Of a DNA stretch of 64,000 nucleotides, positions 1 to 12,033 are shown piece by piece. The notes beneath the pieces were generated by a model. It was given only the letters and a program-made list of their open reading frames with translations. It was not told the DNA's origin and made no database searches. This stretch comes from Phallusia mammillata (Eukaryota). Both the position numbers and the translations under genes were made by a program. The stretch is taken from assembly GCA_965637545.1 (NCBI GenBank), contig OZ281497.1:28520001-28584000 (forward strand), in the 5' to 3' direction. Numbering within the stretch: the first letter of the stretch is position 1; every line of letters begins with the position of its first letter.

Positions 1-1499
1 ACACAAAAACTTTACTAAACACTCTCCGGGTGATTTTATTACAACATAATATTAAACGTAATGTTATGTTCGATCCATACCACCCAAACAAACTCAACGT
101 AAAAGTTACATCCGTTTCCACACTTCTGCATTATTGTGAATGCTTATAGTTGTCCTAAAATTTCGACTTTATTCTATCTATTGTCAAAGCTTCGGGCATG
201 GTTAAAGACTTATCTACTGTTGTGAAATGTATTACATACGCATTACAGCGTCATTATCACTAGCTGCAGCGAAACCCCGTTGTACAAACTTTGAACAAGC
301 TGGTGTGAATGTCAATTGCGGCAAGTCACTGATACTTGCAAGCAACCGTTGTCAGTTGCGAATTGGTCGAGCAAAATTAATGCAGCCGACAAAAAAAAAC
401 TTAGACATGCTTACAAAATTTTGTAGCGCTTTAGTGTCCACACAATCAAACAAAAGCAAATGAGAAAGTATTTTTAGGTACGACACACATTTTGTGAAAA
501 CCTATTTTCTAAACATACCAGTTTGAATACAACATGACATTAAACCACCAATATATTTAGCTACTCTTACGAGTCTGCGCCTCCAGGCAACAACACAATC
601 TTTTTGATAACAATTCGCTGCAATCTAGTTTCTAGCCTGACTCATAACTGTTAAGATAAAGAAATCAAACTGACTAGTCATTACCTCTTGAACGTCCGAA
701 TGTATCTCTTAGTTCGATCAGAAAATAACCAGACCTTTTTACCACAATGATTATTCTTATTGACTCATCATCGAACAAAATTTAGTTGTAGCAAAGGCAT
801 TTAAATGAAATGTTTTACGACTACATTCTTGATCTATTAAACTGCCACCCGGAAGTTTTCAGTTGATGTTAATCGAAACAAAAGTTTTGTAAACCAAATA
901 TTCTGGAAGCATCCACACAGTTCCAACTCCTAAATTAAAATGAAACGCATCTCCAAAGCATGATGTGCACCTCAGGAAATACTATGAGAGCAACAGGCAT
1001 GTTGCCATCGGTCACTTGTGCTATGACTTGCACACAACAAATTGGCACCACCGCACAAACTTTGCAAAAAGTCAACAGTAGCTAACATTATCTATACTGA
1101 TGGCTGCAATGTCATAAACAGTAGTATTACTTATTTTGCAAATGGTGTTGGAAGTTTAAATCACATATATTACTAACATTTCACTTAGGTTTACGTTTTT
1201 TAAATCCCGTGCAAGACTGCCTTTAACGTCATTGTTAAACCGATTCACGTCGCATTTCAAACTACGAGCTGCTACTCATTTGCATACAAGTTTCGTCGCT
1301 TGATGGAGCCAAAGTGCGAATAAGTAAGTTCTGTCACCTGGCCGTGTAAGCTGAGGTTTTGGTTTCATGAGACAGAACCTGAACGAGATTCGTTTTCAGG
1401 ATATTAAGATTTAAAGCCCATGAAGACTTCCGACACAACATCCGATATCGTGCCTAAAAATGCTAAATTGCGCACCCTCATAAAGTTTGAGCTCAAAAA

Positions 1500-1620
1500 C
1501 CCTTCAGGAAAGGTCTTTTGAATTTATTCTACGATACATACGTTGTGACAAGAAAAAAGAGGTGGCGCTAAAGCGCAGATTATACGAGATGACAGTGCCA
1601 ATCGAGGCAGCCTGTGAGGT
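1500..1620 (+). other. Possible piggyBac transposase remnant
   Basis: RSFEFILRYIRCDKK..KRR..PI resembles the piggyBac RFxxILRxLRFDD..PI segment; too short to be sure. Confidence 0.25.
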
Positions 1621-2289
1621 TCAAATGCTTTCAGATACTGTAGATGTAATTGGTAACAAGGTTGGTGCCTGACCGATTTCTATCTATATTTATTTTTCGC
1701 AACATTCATTGATCCAGCATTTCTGTTTCCGCTTTACCCAAGGTGCTTGTTATTTTTTCAAAAACACAACTTCAAAAATGCAGATATTTTTAAGTGTTTT
1801 TGTTTTGTTTACTTTGTAATTCATGTATCTGTTACGAAATTGGTAGTTGGGTAGTTGCATTGTTACAATAAATCTTGTCCATTATCTTTCACACAGACCA
1901 ACAAGTCACCAACACCACATTCAGCGATACCAATCAAGTGGGTGTTTGAGCAACATCCTGCAACTGTTTATGCAACCGCTTTTTCTGTTTTCTTTAATTC
2001 GTAAGTTGCATATAAAGATTCTCAATGATTGTACATTTGCTTAGAGGTGACCCGTGGTAGATTAGTTCCTCTGGAACCTGATAACATTCAATGTACAGGA
2101 GAGATGAAATATCTATTACCTACCGCTGGTTTGTGCTGTTGTAGCAGAGTTTTGTTTTACTTGTTGTGTTTTCTGTCGTTTAAGTTTCGGTTTCACTCAG
2201 TGTTTTCCATTTGATAAGTAGACATTGTTCCGTCAGATTTGTCTATCTGGCGTTTAACGTGTTGAGTAAATTATCAAAAGCCAGCACAT

Positions 2290-2510
2290 TGTGCAATCGC
2301 TTCGGCTTTGAAAAGGATTTGCTGTCAGGTCGTGATGCAAACATGTTTTCAAATCTACACTGAGATTGAGAAAAAAAGGTTGCATAGCAACCAGTCGTGG
2401 TTGGAGCAACAAAATGGCAGTTAGTGGAATGGTATAAACTTATCTGCTTGATTTGACTGAAGAAGAGCAAACTTGACTGGGTAAAGAAACCATAAAGTAG
2501 ACAAGTAAGT
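2290..2510 (+). promoter_or_regulatory. Putative promoter + short first non-coding exon, unit 1
   Basis: TATAAA 2433-2438 and GTAAGT donor at 2505; the block is homologous to 33130-33353 and 60320-60527. Confidence 0.5.
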
Positions 2511-5500
2511 TATGTTCAAGTTTTGAAATTGTGTATGCTGTGGGCAGTACAAAAAAGCGTCAGCATTCAAGTCTAATAGTCAACGTAGTTTGAGGCATGT
2601 ATATGTTTGTTGTTATTCCTGTTTTCATATTGCGACAGGGCTGCACATAGATAAATAAAAAAGTAACTGGGGGTGTCTGGTTAGTAATAGCATCAATAAG
2701 TTAACTTAAAATTTGTATTAAGTTTGTGTTACAAACCTGACACGTGTGAACATTTATTTCATAATACCCAGTTGGACGCTGAAATGTTTCGTGTAACTAA
2801 TGGTATCATTACGAATGCGACCAAGGGTGGTGTGGCAGAGCCAATTTTACTAAAAATGAGACTTTTGGTTGCTTGTTGTCTAGTTGTCTCTCATTCCTGG
2901 TTATATTGGAATTTGAAATAATACACGAAGTTTGTTTGTGTCAAACCTGCTTTGTTTAACTCTTATTTTAAAATGCTGTGACGATTTTGTTGTATTTTGC
3001 AACGATACTTGTTTTGCTTCCAAACAGTGATAACGAGGTGCAAAACAATTGTGATACATGAAACACAGTGCTGGCTCGCACGAATACGGTGATAACACAC
3101 TCGAAAAGCGATGTTAAGTGGTGTGGTACATGCATGTCTGATTCGTTGTGTTTATGCGAAGTGAACGCATTTACAGGGTTTAAAAGTTGTACCAATTCCG
3201 CATTTCATCGCCTGATCTATGTTTTTCTTGTTTCTTTGCCAAAACTGCAATGTCGTAGAAAGAGTTTTGTTTCATTTTGACGGCCAATTCCCTTTCCAAA
3301 TTCCTTTTCTGAAACTTCGTCTTTATGCGTAGTTTGTGTGACGCAATAAACCGAATTTAAGCGTTAGTAATGAAACCTTTCATCAGAATTTTCTTTATTT
3401 GAAAAGTAAGGTGATTAACAAACTAAGGATTGCAAACCTTTGGCATGATACCTGTAAAGGGAGGTCGTTAAGCCGTTTGGCTTGCCGGTGTGGTCATATC
3501 ATATGGCGTCCGTCATCACATTGCTGTCACAGATAACATAATAAAAAGCAAAAGTGAAAGGACTAACCCAAAAACGTATAATAGTCGTGCATACACAGTT
3601 GTGTTAAACGATGTGTAACTTCTACAGTATGAGTTTTACGTTTTCGTTTGTACTACTGAAAACACAAATATACATAAGAATGGTACACGTAAAACGACGT
3701 TTTTTATTCTTGTTTTGTTTTCAGAAAAACTATGGGCTATACAGCAGAGGTGCGTTCCCTAAAGCCTGAAGGGCAAGTGCCATTTTTTAATTTTTTGACT
3801 TTATCTATTTTTTGATAACAATGTTAGGTTTAACTTATCTTGATACAGATCAGCACATTGTGATCACGACTACATCAGAAATGCAGGCCGTGAGTAAACA
3901 TTTGAATCCAAACGCAATGTGCTGGAGGAACACCGAAGAGAAAGGGTTTCCTGAAGGTAGCCCAGTTGATGCTAACCTTTACTTCAAAGGCTCAGTGTGG
4001 TTATGCACAGGACTAATGTGAAACGATTGGCACACTCTTTTAACAATGCATGAAAAAGTTTTGATGTCCTACTTCTTTGCTTACATTTCTAAACAACTGA
4101 ATGCTTAAAATATTAAGACATGTGAACATGGTCTCTTCTAGTTTTGGCCCATACAGATTTTGCTGTTTGTGCTCTTCTGTGCTGTAACTTATATGGCAAG
4201 CTTTGATGTGTTAGTAAGTCCTTTTTTGGCCTTTTTGGGGATGGTATCGCACGTTTTATTCTGATTTTACACAAACCAGGCGAACCGTTTAGTCTCGAAA
4301 TGTTTTTGTTACTAGTTGTAACATAAGCAACTTTACTGAAAGCGAATCGTTTGTACTCACTGTTTGATTCGAAACATATGCTTCAAGTTTGGTTTGCACC
4401 TGTAAAAAGATGACTTTATATGCCTTGATCGACAGTTCCGTTTTTACACATTTAAGAACTGTTGAACTCAAATGTACAGGCGAGTCACTTTTAAACCAAA
4501 ATAATGTCGCACATTCTTCGCATGTGTGACGCAACAAACAGATGTAGAGCGAATATCAAAGGACCTTAAAATTCTCCACCTTTAAAAATTAATTGATTCA
4601 CATGCCAGTAACTTTGCATTACAAAGGCATTTTTCAAGACTGCAAGCAACGGTCGTTTTACATTATGTCTGACCGATGTGTTTGTGCAGGTGCAGGACTT
4701 CGGTAAACAAACGCAACAATATAATTATGAGCAATTAAAGAAAGTGCTTAGGTGAATAAGTGCAAGTCACGAACGCCGCTTTTATTCGGTGAGGTTTGTC
4801 GTAGTAAAGGTGAGCCCAACGTCAATCTTGTCTCATCACAGCCTGATTCTTTTTAATTCAAATACGTTACCATGTATGTGGGGTTGGATGAATGAAGTTG
4901 TTTCAAACAGTTTTTACCGCCGCTGTGGAAATGTTAGGAAGTTAAAACGTAACTTCAAATCGCCTCTATTCAAGCGAAATGTGTACATCATTGTTTCTTT
5001 TTTCGATTTGAGCGCACAATGTATGTTGTCAAAGAAAGGGCGCGAAAGTTTTGCCACAGTGTGTAGATAATCCCTGTGTTAAGCCGGGAAGGTCGTTGAA
5101 CAAAAAACGAGTTGTTTTGTTTGTGTTAATCGGCATCCGTAAAACACCTGATCATAAGTAAGGTGATACACAACTAAACAAATGATTCTGTAGGCGGGAG
5201 GCCTTTAACCTACGCTAGTCGCTATTGTATGATGGGCTTTTATCCGGACAAAGGTGACCCCAGCAGAAGTCTTGTTCGCTTACAAAATTAGTTTTGTTTA
5301 ATTTGATCTGTAGGAATACTGGCGAAACAATCAGATCTTTTTGAGTAGTTGTCAACAACACATATAATAGTTCCATGGTTTCATTGGCTCATAGTACAAA
5401 GTGTTTTTAATTTGCACTAACGAGTGGCACGTTTTTGTTTTGTCTGCTGATTGGACCAACAACCTTTTCTGAAATAAGACTATTTTTGTGATTTGTTTTA

Positions 5501-5824
5501 CATGGGCAACGTATAGTTTGTGTTCAGAAAAGGCTATTTTCTTGTCCACAAAACTCATTCAAGGGAAATGGGTTTAACTGGTTAAATGTTGAAATATAAT
5601 ACCAAACTCCATTTCATTAATGAGAAACTAAAACCCCAACCATCATTCCTGAACTCTGCATTGTTAGATTACAAGTGTTATGTCCGTAAGTGTCAGCGAT
5701 TGTCGTTTTTGCACTGTTATCACCAAGTTGACGTTAATTCATAGGTGCAATGTTTTTGAGCGCTTTAAGTCATTCACTCTGCTTAATACATCGGAAAGTT
5801 CAATCAAATTACTTGTTTGTGCAG

Positions 5825-7918
5825 ATCAAACGCTGACGAGTGAACACCTGGCGGCAAATGACTTTGAGATGAGTGATGAAAACTGGAGTGACGTACTTGT
5901 TTTCCACTGTGAAGGCTTTCTGTGGACGGATTGGAATAGAGGTTTTGAATATTTATTTGAGTGATTTTTTGTGATGGAAATCAAGGCAATGTAAAACAGG
6001 AAACACTTTATTAAATCGTTCACAATTTTGTACAGTAATGTCTGTACCACGTTCGTAAAGCGAGCAACGACTGCTTTGGCTAACCATGGAAAATAACTCA
6101 AATACCATTATCTTGCAAAAATACTAAAACTGTGGCATATGCAATAATTTCGTTAACGAATTTGTTTAAATACTATATTCTCGATGTTTTCTTTAAATAC
6201 TCCAAATGATTAGAACCAGTCAAAAATATATACTTCTGACGTTGATCACAGTGCATGCATTGTCACCAAACAGTTGTACGCAATAAGAATGACCCAGCTC
6301 ATTAAACCCACTAAGTGCCCGCCGTGTTTGGTTATGTCGTCAGAGCTCAACGTAATCACATTTTTCCAAACTCAGTTAGCCTTTCCGCTTTGTATTTTTG
6401 AACGTCGACCTAAAGTTTGCTTTTGTACAGAACACCAGTTTGTCAAAGGCTTTGTAGCGTCGCTATCGGCGGAGGATTCAGTTACATTCCCTTGTGAGAC
6501 AACTGGCGGCATATGTATTCGAGTATTGACACAGACAGGGATGTAGAAGCACTGTATAGAAGAGAGACTAAAACCGATGAGTCTTTTTTCCAAGGTAATA
6601 AAACAAGAAAAGTCTACAAACAAATGTTCAAACATAACTACAAACAACTTTATTTACACACCGCTATATAGATGATACGGCCACTTTGCCCACTAAAGCC
6701 ATCACATTTAGCGCATCAAACATCACAATTCCTCTTATTTTCTAATAAGGACGTTTCGTTTAGTGTAGCTATTTATTTGTTCCCTTGGCTTTTCTAGGGG
6801 AGTTTAAGTAAATTCTTGGTCAGATTAATTTGCTTAACGCTGTCTTTTATATTGCACTGTTGCATACAAAATGTATCTTGTGCCAAACAAAACCCAGACA
6901 TTTTAGGCCCAACTATTGCTTTTAGGCGCTATAAACTTGTATCTGAAGTTTTGTGGCCAACCGACTTTACAGCAATACGCTATAAACGTAACGGAACTTA
7001 ACGCAGGTTTTGTTCGTTTTCCACGCAATGTTGGCGCTGCCTTGAGAATGATATTTGCTCTGGTGTGACACCTGGCGACATACATCATAATATTGAGACA
7101 GAGGCCAGAAGCACTCGAATACAGAGGAAGACGAAGGATTTGAGTACGTGGAATACAGGTATTGTGCGTTTATTTGAAAAACGATATTTCTTATAGAGCC
7201 ACTGAACGTTAAACACGATTGACACACACGTTTACCAATGGGCCAGGGACGTTGCCATTAGATATGTTACTGCAGAAATCGTAAAGCAAGTAACTACTGT
7301 TTTAACAAAACGGGAGATTTCGCAATCTCGATTTTGCAAATAAACGATATTGCAATTTTTTATCGGAAACACAAACTGTTTTTCCAGGACGCCAGAATGC
7401 TGACCAGTTTACACCAGTCGGTAGCAGGCAATGAAATTGAACACAGGCCGTGAGGAGAAAAGCACATAGTCGATAGAGACACTGAAAGGGTTGCTTGAAT
7501 GAGAACAAATAAAGAACTGAGGTATTAGTTGCTTATTTGACATAAGTTTCTGGTTGTGACGACTACGGTTGAGGGCTGAAGCGAAGGGTTTACATTTATT
7601 ACATTTTCTGTGATCCTAAAATCAAAAAAACGATCAATTAAATTAAATTCGATGATTTATTATAACTCACTAAGTCCAAAATGCTCTCAGTCACGTACGC
7701 AAAACAGTAGATTGTCCAACAACATGTTCTAGCGACATGTTTTTTTCATAATTTCATAAGCAACATGTTTTTTTCATAACTTTCGTTTGGGCAGATCACC
7801 AGCACGCTGACGAGTTAACACTTGGTGGCATTCGAACTTGAAATTCCACATATACCGGGGTGGAGCGTAAAGAAACGGAAGACTAAATGTTTTCTTACAT
7901 GGATAAATACAGAGTAAG
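5825..7918 (+). repeat. Three more copies of the non-coding exon-like module in unit 1 (5825.., ~7030..7150, 7795..7918)
   Basis: tttgtgcag|ATCAAACGCTGACGAGTGAACACCTGGCGGCAAATGACTTTGAG; GCTCTGGTGTGACACCTGGCG at 7057; gggcag|ATCACCAGCACGCTGACGAGTTAACACTTGGTGGCA. Confidence 0.6.
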
Positions 7919-8309
7919 GTAACAACATTGGGTATCTGCAGGACAGACTGATGTAGTTGTGACATACAATATTTGAAAAAAACGGACATACAGTGTTATT
8001 AATGGGTTGCGAATGTGTGTGGGGATGTCTCCTCGATAATCTCTTTCTGTACATTTCGCAAAGCAAATGCTGACTAGTTCAATAAGATGGAGTTCTGGTT
8101 TAATTACTCCAATTACGTGATAACACGAACTGCTTAGAATGTGTTTTCCAAACACGGCTGGGAAACAACTATGATATAAGTACACAAATCTAATAGATGT
8201 TAAAGTGTTGTGCAGTTGTAACGTACATGGAAGAAACGTGCATCATAAAAAGATTTACGGTAAATTACGTTGGTGGTCTACAGACTTTTAAAATTTATAA
8301 AAGTGGTTC

Positions 8310-8337
8310 GTGACCACAAAAAGGTTGAGAACCGCTG
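8310..8337 (+). mobile_element. Solo right end of a hAT MITE
   Basis: GACCACAAAAAGGTTGAGAACCGCTG resembles the right ends at 54614 and 63490. Confidence 0.4.
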
Positions 8338-9542
8338 CGATAAGCAAAGGTGTTGAGTCTGCACTAAGGAGCTACTGGTAATAAACTGGATGTGTGTAAG
8401 CGTTTGTGGTTGTCGTTCGGTTATAGCCAAGTTGATATCAATTTAAAGTGGAAAGTCTTTTACCAAACCCTAATTAGGAGAGAAAAGAATAAGCAGATGT
8501 TTTTCTTGCAACGATAAATGTAGGATAAAGTAACAACATTGGGTAACGTTTCTTGGTTTAACGTTACAATTTTTACCTCAAGTCTAAACTGACGTCACAA
8601 ATTAAAAATATAATTTGGTGTTAACATAAATTAAGTCTTTCAATTTATATTTATTCAAGCGTGAATTCACTCCTATAGTTATGGATCTTGGTGTGTTAAT
8701 TCCAGTACCTCTAAATACATGCAATCTTTTGCACACCACCATCTAATTTTAATGTATTAGTTATGATATAACACACAGGACAAATATGGCAGACGATCCG
8801 ATTACATGTATCGTTAGACAACAATCCTGAGTAGTAGTAACACATCTAAGAGTTATTGCTGAAACGTCTTAGTCCGTCAAAGTGCCTGTAATTCAGTCCT
8901 GCATTCCTATCAAGTTGGTACGTAATTCAATGTATAAATTGTATTAGTTAAATGTCGTGATTATATTTGTGTATGAGTTAAGAGGTATTGATTTCCTTAA
9001 CGTGACATACTTTTAGTGTAAGTTATTCTGCCATATTGAATGTACATATTGACACCGCTTTGGAAACCCCAGCTGCGCAACAACCGTTACCGGTTGAAAG
9101 TGCAATAGATTTGTCTAATGGCGACGCACCGAATGTGGTTAGTGGTGAGCACAAACCACAGGTCAGTGATTTAATGCACGTTGCTTCACTATTGAAAGAT
9201 GGCCTCGATTTGCCCGAGTTACTGCATTTCTATGGCAGCCATTTAGATTGCACACGCTTTGTGACAACGTTCAACGAATGTATTACTAGTGGAAAGTGAT
9301 AAGTACAAACTAAACTGTCTTATTCAGTATTGTGCTGGTGAAGCCAAAAAATTATATGATTTTGTTCTTACATGGACAATGATGGCTACGGCAAGGCTCG
9401 GAAAGTTTTACATGACCATTATGGTCGCCTGTTTATTATAGCTAGATCATATGTTCAAAGACTCACCCAGGGTCTGCATTTGAAAGCCGATGATAGTAAA
9501 GGGCTGCAGGAGCTTGCACGTCACTTGCATTAGTGTTTTGTT

Positions 9543-12033
9543 AAATAAGCTGTTGCTGCCAGGCATAGTATCAAGTCTATAGAGCTATTCTGGCAAAAGT
9601 ATTTTTATTCCGACGTTTCGACGTCCTGTACAGGTCGTCTTCATCAGGGTAAATAACACTAAATGCGACTAGAACAGTGCACGACAAACAAAGGAAAAAA
9701 AAGAATGAAACGCAAGCACGTCACAACGCAACGAAAACACCGCGCGATAACAAATGATTGGGCCTCTAATCTTTGAGCAGGTGCCTGTAGCACGCTAAAA
9801 GCATCACGCCTGTTTTGATGTTCATTGTGTTGCCCCGTTGGTGAATATTCCATGACTCAAGAAATAGTCTTTTCCTGTAGTCAGGCTCCCGGGCCACAAC
9901 AGACGCCGCATTAAAATCAATACGGTGGCCTTGTCATACTGCGTGATTGGAAAGGGCCGACTTCTTCGCGTCGTTGTTGGCAACATCCCGTTGATGTTCT
10001 TTTCGTCAGGTGTTGAGTGACCTTCCAGTTTTCCCGATGTAAATTAACGGACAATCGGCGCAGGGAATGGAATATACAACACCTCGTTGTTCAAACGGGT
10101 TGATTGAATCTTTTGGGTGACTCAATAGCTTGCGGAGAGTATTGACAGGTTGGACGCCAACCGCTATGCCGAAGTCACGCAACATACGCCGTAGAATATC
10201 CGTCAGTTTCGGTATGTACGGAAGTGTCACAAAACCCTCTGTTTTTGGATGGGTCACCTGTTTGGGACACGTTGCCCGTCCATCACGGAGAATCCAGTTG
10301 GGGTAGCCGTTGTATTTCTAGGCTTTGCGAACCTTAACCAGTTCCGCCTCGCAGTCGTCGCTATGAGTGCACAAGCGTCGTGCCTGATCTTTTAGGGAAC
10401 GAACCACCCCCGTTTTCTGGTATGTGGGGTGATGAGATCGAAAATTGAGATACCTACCGGTACTCGTTGGCTTGTGGTACACTCTCGAGTACAAGACGCC
10501 GTCATCGGTTCTTGTGACTTAAACGTCTAAAAATGGAAGACAGTTTGCCGATTGGAGTTCCATGGTAAACTAAATGCCTGGTTGCGCCTCGTTGAGATGC
10601 TGTAAAAAAGCCTCAACCTTGTTCTTAGCAATGACACAAAAAATGTCGTCAAAATATCGCCGCCAGAATCTTTGTGGGTTGGCAAACGTTGATAAGGCTT
10701 TTTCCTCAAGCGCTTCCATTGTCATGTTTGCGACAACCACGGAGACCGGGGAACCCATCGCTGTGCCTTGAATCTGTTGGTAAAAGCTTACCCTGAATGT
10801 TAAAAAGGATTGCTCCTAGCAAATCCGCAAACCGTCCACAATATCCAACGGGACCCATGGTGTTCTGTTTAAGGCTATAGTCGTTTAAAATCCTGGATGA
10901 CGCGATGTCCATAGCCAATTCCACAGGAACACTTGTAAAAAGTGACACGACGTCATACGACACCATTAACTCTTTGTTGGACAGGGGCGGCAACTGTGCT
11001 ATCTCTTGAACAAACTTGGACGAGTTCGAAACAGTCCATTCCGTATTGCCCACGAGCGGAGAAATAACTTTCGCTAGGTACTTCGCAAGATTGTAGGTTG
11101 GAGTACCAACAAACGAAACGATTGGTCGCAGAGGGATGTCTTCCTTGTGTATTTTTGGTAAGCCGTAGATGCGCGAAGCGAAGCCGTCCGTGCTATGCAG
11201 TTGATGGATTCAGAAATGCATTGCGTCTCTGTGTGCAATTTCCCTACGAACTTATTAAGGACGCGTTCCGACTTACGTGTTGAATCACGCTTTAAACGCT
11301 TGTAAGTCGAAGTATCCAGTTATAAGTCAGACATTTTCTTGTCGTAACCTGGGCGGTTCATGATGACAGTACAGTTACCTTCGTCTGCGGGTAAGATCGA
11401 GATATCTTCATTTGACCTTAAACTTCGGATCGCTTGGTGCTCGGTGTTACTGAGGTTGCTTTGACCCATTCTGTGTGTGCGAAGGCAGTTTGCAAGTTTG
11501 CCTTGAATGATTGCTTTAATGTGCGCTGGTTGCGGCCAAATTCCTTTCTCGACTGCAGCAATAATTTGTTCTTTCGGTACTACCCGTGGTGCAGTGGCAA
11601 AATTAAGACCAAGTTGCAAAACTTTGGTATCAACCGTCGGTTGGTAATCAGACAGGTTCATGACCCAGCTATGCATCTTCTGTCTTTCCACTGCAGGTCT
11701 TCGTCTGTCGCACATGGAACTCAGCGATGTCAAACGCTTTTTGCAATCAATCATCGCACGATTGTAACGTGTATTAACTCCTACGTTGGTGTGGTCTAAA
11801 GGCCGCTCCAACTGGTCTTGCGTCAGAGCTACACGTAGCGAAGCTAACACTCCATCAGAACGAGCATTTCATTGCGTTATTCTTTGGTGAGACTGGTCAA
11901 TGCGTAACTTTACAAACGCAAATCCACACTTTCTTATGATTTTCCTTCCACCTGAAGAATTGTCAGGCGATTTATAGTGCAAAGAGCGCGGCAAGATATT
12001 TTCCTTGATACACCCGTGGTTGAAATGCAGGTG
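9543..12033 (-). mobile_element. Penelope-like retroelement (RT + GIY-YIG endonuclease), 5'-truncated, inactive
   Basis: Minus-strand frames give HLHFNHGCI, LGLNFATAP, LMVSYDVVSLFTSVP, MGSPVS..WRRYFDDIF and GVVYSIPCADCPLIYIGKTGR. Flanked by 12-bp TSD TAGTGTTTTGTT (9531-9542 and 12034-12045). Confidence 0.92.
9605..9656 (-). ncRNA. Minimal type-I hammerhead ribozyme in the PLE 3' end
   Basis: Minus strand reads UUAUUUACC-CUGAUGA-A-GACGACCUGUACAGGACGUC-GAAACGUC/GGAAUAA. It has both core boxes, a paired stem II (GACG/CGUC, CCUG/CAGG), a palindromic ACGU stem III, a GUC cleavage triplet and stem I CC/GG + UUAUU/AAUAA. Confidence 0.8.

Noticed and set aside
227-8185. The many 60-100 aa ORFs in intergenic and intronic DNA here and elsewhere in the window
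   Set aside because: No recognisable domains, often non-ATG starts, and not conserved between duplicated units; expected by chance.
8390-8930. Possible 5' LTR and PBS of the BEL element (..CCTATCA AGTTGGTAC)
   Set aside because: No second copy after 14.3 kb, and part of the interval (8480-8560) matches the host leader module at 7870-7940.
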